Position numbers and translations under genes: made by a program
Notes under the pieces: model-generated
The model's input: the letters and a program-made list of their open reading frames with translations, nothing else
What the model was told of the DNA's origin: nothing
Databases searched by the model: none
Assembly: GCA_031411295.1 (NCBI GenBank)
Contig: JANOAV010000116.1
Span: 1-22,866 of the forward strand
DNA from: Verrucomicrobiales bacterium
Lineage (GTDB): Bacteria > Verrucomicrobiota > Verrucomicrobiia > Verrucomicrobiales > V1-33
DNA: 22,866 nucleotides
Reading direction: 5' to 3'
Shown: positions 18,895-22,866 of the stretch, piece by piece
How the letters are laid out: every line of letters begins with the position of its first letter
Numbering within the stretch: the first letter of the stretch is position 1

Positions 18895-19548
18895 TTACGC
18901 GAAATGCGCCAAAAGTTCATCCGGCAGCTGGAGGATGACGTGGGCGCCATTTTCGCGTAACTCGTTGACTGGACGGAACCCCCATGCTACACCGAAGGTC
19001 TTCATGGAGGCCCCACGCCCAGTCTGCATGTCGGTGGCGGTGTCCCCGACATAGGCAATTTGCTCCGGCGGCAAGTTCCAGATCTGGGAAATTTCCGTGG
19101 CTCCGGCCGGGTCTGGCTTGCGGGCGACATGGTCGCGCTGCCCAAAAACGGTGCGAAATGTGCCGGGAACGAAAAAATGGTTGATGCAGAGTTGGGTGAA
19201 ATAATCTGGTTTGTTGGAAAGCACCCCCAAGAGGATGCCGCGCGCTTGCAAGCCAGCGATGAGTTCCCTGATGCCGACATACGGCTGCGTTTTGGCGTGC
19301 CACCGCTCCGCGTAAGCGCTGCGATAGATCTGGGTGGCCCGTTCCACTAATGCACGATCCTCCCGCAGGCTCTCCGGCATGGTCCGAGCGATGAGCAACT
19401 GGATCCCCTCCCCCACAAAAGTCTTGTATTGCTCCACGGGATGAACCGGCAGTCCAAGTTCTGCCAAAGCGGCGTTCATCGAATCCGCCAGATCATCCAG
19501 CGTATCCAACAGAGTTCCATCGAGATCGAAAATAGCGGCGGATAACAT
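18895..19548 (-). CDS. HAD-superfamily hydrolase (phosphoglycolate phosphatase-like)
   Basis: Motif I FDLDGTL, motif II LSNK, motif III RKPDP, motif IV YVGDTATD, and VAWGF. Confidence 0.9.
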   Translation of the reverse strand: MLSAAIFDLDGTLLDTLDDLADSMNAALAELGLPVHPVEQYKTFVGEGIQLLIARTMPESLREDRALVERATQIYRSAYAERWHAKTQPYVGIRELIAGLQARGILLGVLSNKPDYFTQLCINHFFVPGTFRTVFGQRDHVARKPDPAGATEISQIWNLPPEQIAYVGDTATDMQTGRGASMKTFGVAWGFRPVNELRENGAHVILQLPDELLAHFA

Positions 19549-19558
19549 GGGGCAACGC

Positions 19559-20335
19559 TTACTTGCTGGGCGAGTAATCGGTGGGCACGAGCAACTCGGA
19601 TTTCACTCCGTCGGCAACGGTTAGGGATCCTCCCGCCGCCGCCTCGCTTTCCGCTTTGGCCTTGATCCAGTCAGGATCGGCCCGGAAATCTGCGAACGAT
19701 TTGGCGCAAGCTTCCTTGCTGGCGTGGGCCACGAGATAGATGAGCGTATTTTCGGCCTCGGGCTTGCCCGGCTGAATTTGCCAGTAACCGAAGTGGCTCA
19801 TGCCATGTTTGCTGAAAAGCGCGATGGTGTGGTCCTTGAAGCGCGCGTGAAGGTTCGGTAATTTCCCCGGCTGGGTGGTGTAGGTGCGCATCTCGAAGAC
19901 GCGGGCCGGGTCTTTCACGACCGGCTGAATCGCAGGGGAAAAGCTGGTGGCACTCAGCTGCTGTGAGGTAATTTTGGTGACGAGCTTGCCATTTTTTTCG
20001 CTGGCGGCGTGGACCGTTTTCCACTCCGGATCGGCCCCGAATTCTTTCCAGGCTTGCTTCTGGGCCTCGGGGCTGGGAAACGACACGATGTAAACGAGCT
20101 TGTTCTCCTGATTCTCCAACGGCACCCAATAGCCGACATTGGTAATGCCGTGCTTGGTAAAAAGCGCGGTGGTGTGGTCCCGGAAGCGGGCGTGCAACTC
20201 GGGCAACTTCCCTTCGGCGGCATAGTAAGTGCGCAGTTCGTAGGTCTTGGTGTCCGGGGCCGTGGCCGTGGCCTCCGGAGCGGCGGTGAGCAGCGAGGTG
20301 AGGCTGGTGAGGAGCAGGGTTAATTTTTTGAGCAT
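19559..20335 (-). CDS. Secreted tandem NIPSNAP-domain protein
   Basis: Signal peptide plus two repeats: YELRTY..GKL..LHARFRDHT..LFTKHGITNVGYW and FEMRTY..GKL..LHARFKDHT..LFSKHGMSHFGYW. Ends in PTDYSP. Confidence 0.88.
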   Translation of the reverse strand: MLKKLTLLLTSLTSLLTAAPEATATAPDTKTYELRTYYAAEGKLPELHARFRDHTTALFTKHGITNVGYWVPLENQENKLVYIVSFPSPEAQKQAWKEFGADPEWKTVHAASEKNGKLVTKITSQQLSATSFSPAIQPVVKDPARVFEMRTYTTQPGKLPNLHARFKDHTIALFSKHGMSHFGYWQIQPGKPEAENTLIYLVAHASKEACAKSFADFRADPDWIKAKAESEAAAGGSLTVADGVKSELLVPTDYSPSK

Positions 20336-20389
20336 AAATCGGGTTGGTTGTTGGGGTGAAGTTCTAAGTGGGGTGGGGTTACTGGGAAA

Positions 20390-20827
20390 TTACGGCATGA
20401 CCACGTCCTGATACTCCAGCGCCCACTCGCGCATAAAACGGACGCGCCCGGGAGTGACGCGATAAATGATTAAGTCCGGATTCTCCGGCGTTCCCAAGTA
20501 GCGACGCAGCAAGGGGTTCGTCTGCCAGATCTCCTGGAGCAAGGCCGCCTCTGTCAGCACCTCGGCCCGGCCAGTAATGCGAACTTGGTCGTGGGCCTCC
20601 GAGAGGTAACATAACTCCACCTGCGGATTGCGCTGAATTTCCAAAGTCTTCCCGTAGCTGCGGAGGTTGGCGATATAAATGGTGAAGCCGTCCACCCGCA
20701 CGGGCGAGACTGGTCGCACCCGGGGTTGCGTGCCATCCATGGTGGCGAGAAAAGGAAATTTGGCAGCAGCGATGACCGCGTGAGCGGCGGCGGTGAGAGC
20801 GGCGGGATCTAGGGGGGCTGGAGGCAT
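20390..20827 (-). CDS. Pyridoxamine 5'-phosphate oxidase-like FMN-binding split-barrel protein
   Basis: LATMDGTQPRVRP, K...IQRNPQVELCY and QVRITGRAE motifs; 145 aa. Confidence 0.85.
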   Translation of the reverse strand: MPPAPLDPAALTAAAHAVIAAAKFPFLATMDGTQPRVRPVSPVRVDGFTIYIANLRSYGKTLEIQRNPQVELCYLSEAHDQVRITGRAEVLTEAALLQEIWQTNPLLRRYLGTPENPDLIIYRVTPGRVRFMREWALEYQDVVMP

Positions 20828-20857
20828 AAATAAAACGGGTTGCGAGGGGCTCGTCGA

Positions 20858-21679
20858 TTATTCACCCTTGGTCCCATAATGCATTTGGACCACCACCCCA
20901 CCGCCATACGGAGCCCCATAGCGAGCGGCTATTTCGGCATGAGGGAAAAGATAGGATTCGGCATCCTTCTGCGCCAACTTCTTCTGGAAACGCTGGGTGA
21001 AACTCAGGATCGCCAAGGCCAGCAGCATGATGCCAAAGACGCAGCCCAGGATCTTCCATTGGGAGCGACGCGCGGCCTGGTGGTGCTCATCAATTAAGGG
21101 GCGGACGCGGGAATATCCCCGCATCAGTTCCGCCACCGCAGCCTGCAGGCGTTCGGACGGTGGAGCCTCTGCGTTCTCTTCGGAGGCGGCCTTGGCGCTC
21201 AGTAAGATGCCCTTCACGGTCCGGGGCGGCAATTCCCGCGCATCATCCTGCCGCCACGCCATCCCCATGACGGCAGCGCTGCCGGTGCCGCCTTTGTCAT
21301 AAACGATCACCGCCCCCTGCCGTCCGATCAGCCACTGGCCGCTTAAGCGCTCCGCTCGCTGATTGGAGTCCTCGCCATAGACAAAGGTATAGGCCGCAAT
21401 ATAGATTTGAAAATTTTCCTGATCTCGAAACTGCTTGAGCTTGGCCTCCAAGGCTTTCTTGTCCTCGGTCTTAAACAACTCCGCCAGATCCAGAATGCCA
21501 TTTTCCGGGGCGGGCGGCATCGCCTCTTTAAAGTCCGTAACCGCAGGCTTCATGGGCTGGGGGGTCACGACTTCCTGGGCCTCGACGACTCCACCCCAGC
21601 AATACCAAATACCCAGCAACATCAGTGCCCAGCGACAATGAATCAGGGATCGGCGGTGAGAATGAATCGGAGACAACAT
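20858..21679 (-). CDS. Membrane-anchored protein with probable TPM-like periplasmic domain
   Basis: Signal peptide ending VEA|Q, a segment ILDLAELF..EDKKALEAKLKQF...FQIYIA resembling the TPM N-terminus, one C-terminal TM helix (ILGCVFGIMLLALAILSF) and a Gly-rich tail (YGAPYGGG). Confidence 0.6.
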   Translation of the reverse strand: MLSPIHSHRRSLIHCRWALMLLGIWYCWGGVVEAQEVVTPQPMKPAVTDFKEAMPPAPENGILDLAELFKTEDKKALEAKLKQFRDQENFQIYIAAYTFVYGEDSNQRAERLSGQWLIGRQGAVIVYDKGGTGSAAVMGMAWRQDDARELPPRTVKGILLSAKAASEENAEAPPSERLQAAVAELMRGYSRVRPLIDEHHQAARRSQWKILGCVFGIMLLALAILSFTQRFQKKLAQKDAESYLFPHAEIAARYGAPYGGGVVVQMHYGTKGE

Positions 21680-21815
21680 AGAAGCGCGATTCTAAAGTTC
21701 CCGGGCCGAAACGCAACTAAACTTGTGCCGCCCAAAATGATCTTGGACCATTTATGAAAAGGAATCGGTGAATTGCGAGGAGTCGGAGCCGCTGGCTGAA
21801 AATGTCTTTTCCGAG

Positions 21816-21896
21816 CCAATTGCCGCAAAAGAACTCAAAGAACGCAAGAACACCCATCGAATTTTCGCGTTCTTTGCGATCTTTTGCGGCAATTGG
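21816..21896. repeat. Long inverted repeat, 30-bp arms
   Basis: CCAATTGCCGCAAAAGAACTCAAAGAACGC (21816-21845) pairs with 21867-21896 at 28/30, with a 21-nt loop. Arms contain repeated CAAAGAAC-like units. Confidence 0.85.
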
Positions 21897-22049
21897 TTCG
21901 TCATCAGCAAAAAGCAATTATGCGGGGTCAGGAAAATTCCTTATTAGTGGCAGGCTCTTCCGATGTAATCTGGAGGCCTGAGACTGCTTCCGGGTCGGCC
22001 TGCGGATCGGATTCAAGTTTCAAGCGCAGTCCGAAAAGCTCAAAGCACC

Positions 22050-22373
22050 AAAGCCCAACGGGCTTTCGGCCTCCAGCTCAGGGTTGGCCGAATGAAATTA
22101 GACCTACCCTGAGAAGGACCCGCAAAACCCATCGAACCGCAACGTGGTTCCGCCCCGCGGCACCCTGTCCCCTTGAGGGCGCAACCCCGTGGCGGTTGAA
22201 TACCGAGGCGCGGCCAGCCCCATGGTAGCACGTGCCGTGCAACCATGGGCTGGAGGGCAAAACGCCGTTGGCGTAGCAATCCGCCCCAGATCCATTGGGG
22301 TGCAGGGGAAAAGGCAGGAACCCAAGGCTGCGCTGGGCTTGCCTTGGGCTTTGATGGCTCGTCCTTTCAGGAC
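22050..22373. repeat. Cluster of REP-like multi-hairpin modules
   Basis: Hairpins at 22050-22066, 22077-22113, 22134-22150, 22182-22198, 22214-22253, 22262-22274, 22321-22348 and 22361-22373. 22071-22086 and 22240-22255 are inverted copies (14/16). Confidence 0.7.
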
Positions 22374-22479
22374 TAGAGAAATGGAACCTTGTGTCTCCTA
22401 TCCTAGACACGTCCAATCAAGCCATGGAGACTCCTTCGCGCGAGTTCTTAACTTTTTTGTCCTACCTCCGATCCCAACT

Positions 22480-22610
22480 GCGGATTTTTGCACGGAGGTG
22501 GACACGCGCTGCTGCGCGGGTCTGAAGGGGGAAGTCCAATGACGCGCAGCAGCGCGTCACCACCGCATGATCTGTTGATAATCATAAACTTACACCGTGC
22601 AAAAATCCGC
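22480..22610. repeat. Nested inverted-repeat element (REP doublet inside perfect 16-bp IRs)
   Basis: GCGGATTTTTGCACGG (22480-22495) / CCGTGCAAAAATCCGC (22595-22610) is perfect. The inner pair ACGCGCTGCTGCGCG (22504-22518) / CGCGCAGCAGCGCGT (22543-22557) is also perfect. Confidence 0.85.
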
Positions 22611-22724
22611 CATGCCCCGATCCCTAGGACTGATTATTCCACACTTCCTGGTCTTGCAAGGAGGTGGCGCGAGGCTGAGCCCGAGCCAGTCGTGAGAAAA
22701 AGCACCCAAATGCTGGACGGGCGT

Positions 22725-22866
22725 TACTAGTGCTTACTTGCAATAGTTAACAAATGTGAAATAAGTGGGGATGAGCCGCTCCATCAAACCGCTGAATTTA
22801 ACGAACGACGAAAAGGTCACCATTGAAGCCCTAATCCGCAGTCCGCAAAGCACGCAGGGACAGGTC
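22725..22866 (+). mobile_element. Probable left end of an IS630-family element with truncated transposase start
   Basis: TACTAG at 22725-22730 (IS630 targets TA, often within CTAG), a short AT-rich leader, then ATG 22771 open to the window edge: MSRSIKPLNLTNDEKVTIEALIRSPQSTQGQV, resembling IS630 N-termini. Only 32 codons are visible. Confidence 0.55.

Noticed and set aside
21816..22630. CRISPR array or integron attC array
   Set aside because: No regularly spaced identical direct repeats, no cas or integrase gene, and no RYYYAAC/GTTRRRY boundaries around gene cassettes.
22459..22630. Retron msr-msd or diversity-generating retroelement component
   Set aside because: No reverse transcriptase in the window, and I saw no template/variable repeat pair with VccA or any other gene.
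21717..22730. Several 66-117 aa ORFs on both strands
   Set aside because: They run through palindromic repeats, overlap each other, and lack motifs or clear ribosome-binding sites.

Overview
GC-rich bacterial window, very probably Verrucomicrobiota, because it carries a Verru_Chthon cassette protein A gene. From left to right: a REP-like triple hairpin and a TPR-like remnant; a minus-strand run of glycogen synthase, alpha-glucan phosphorylase, an FHA-adenylate cyclase fusion and an MBOAT (AlgI/PatA-like) plus SGNH-like acyltransferase pair; a secreted hypothetical protein divergent from a fused 5-oxoprolinase/hydantoinase; prfB with a clear +1 programmed frameshift that the ORF track misses; a stand-alone 1577-aa Verru_Chthon cassette A gene with a candidate promoter and terminator but no adjacent B/C/D genes; and HAD, NIPSNAP, PNPOx-like and TPM-like genes. 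The last ~1.1 kb is non-coding, packed with several unrelated palindromic repeat families, and ends at what looks like the 5' end of an IS630-family transposase. I cannot demonstrate a wholly new system from sequence alone. The best leads are the orphan VccA, the nested inverted-repeat element at 22459-22630 and the surrounding palindrome cluster, and the Tat-like SGNH/MBOAT pair with the FHA-cyclase beside the glycogen genes. All family assignments come from motif recognition, not database searches.
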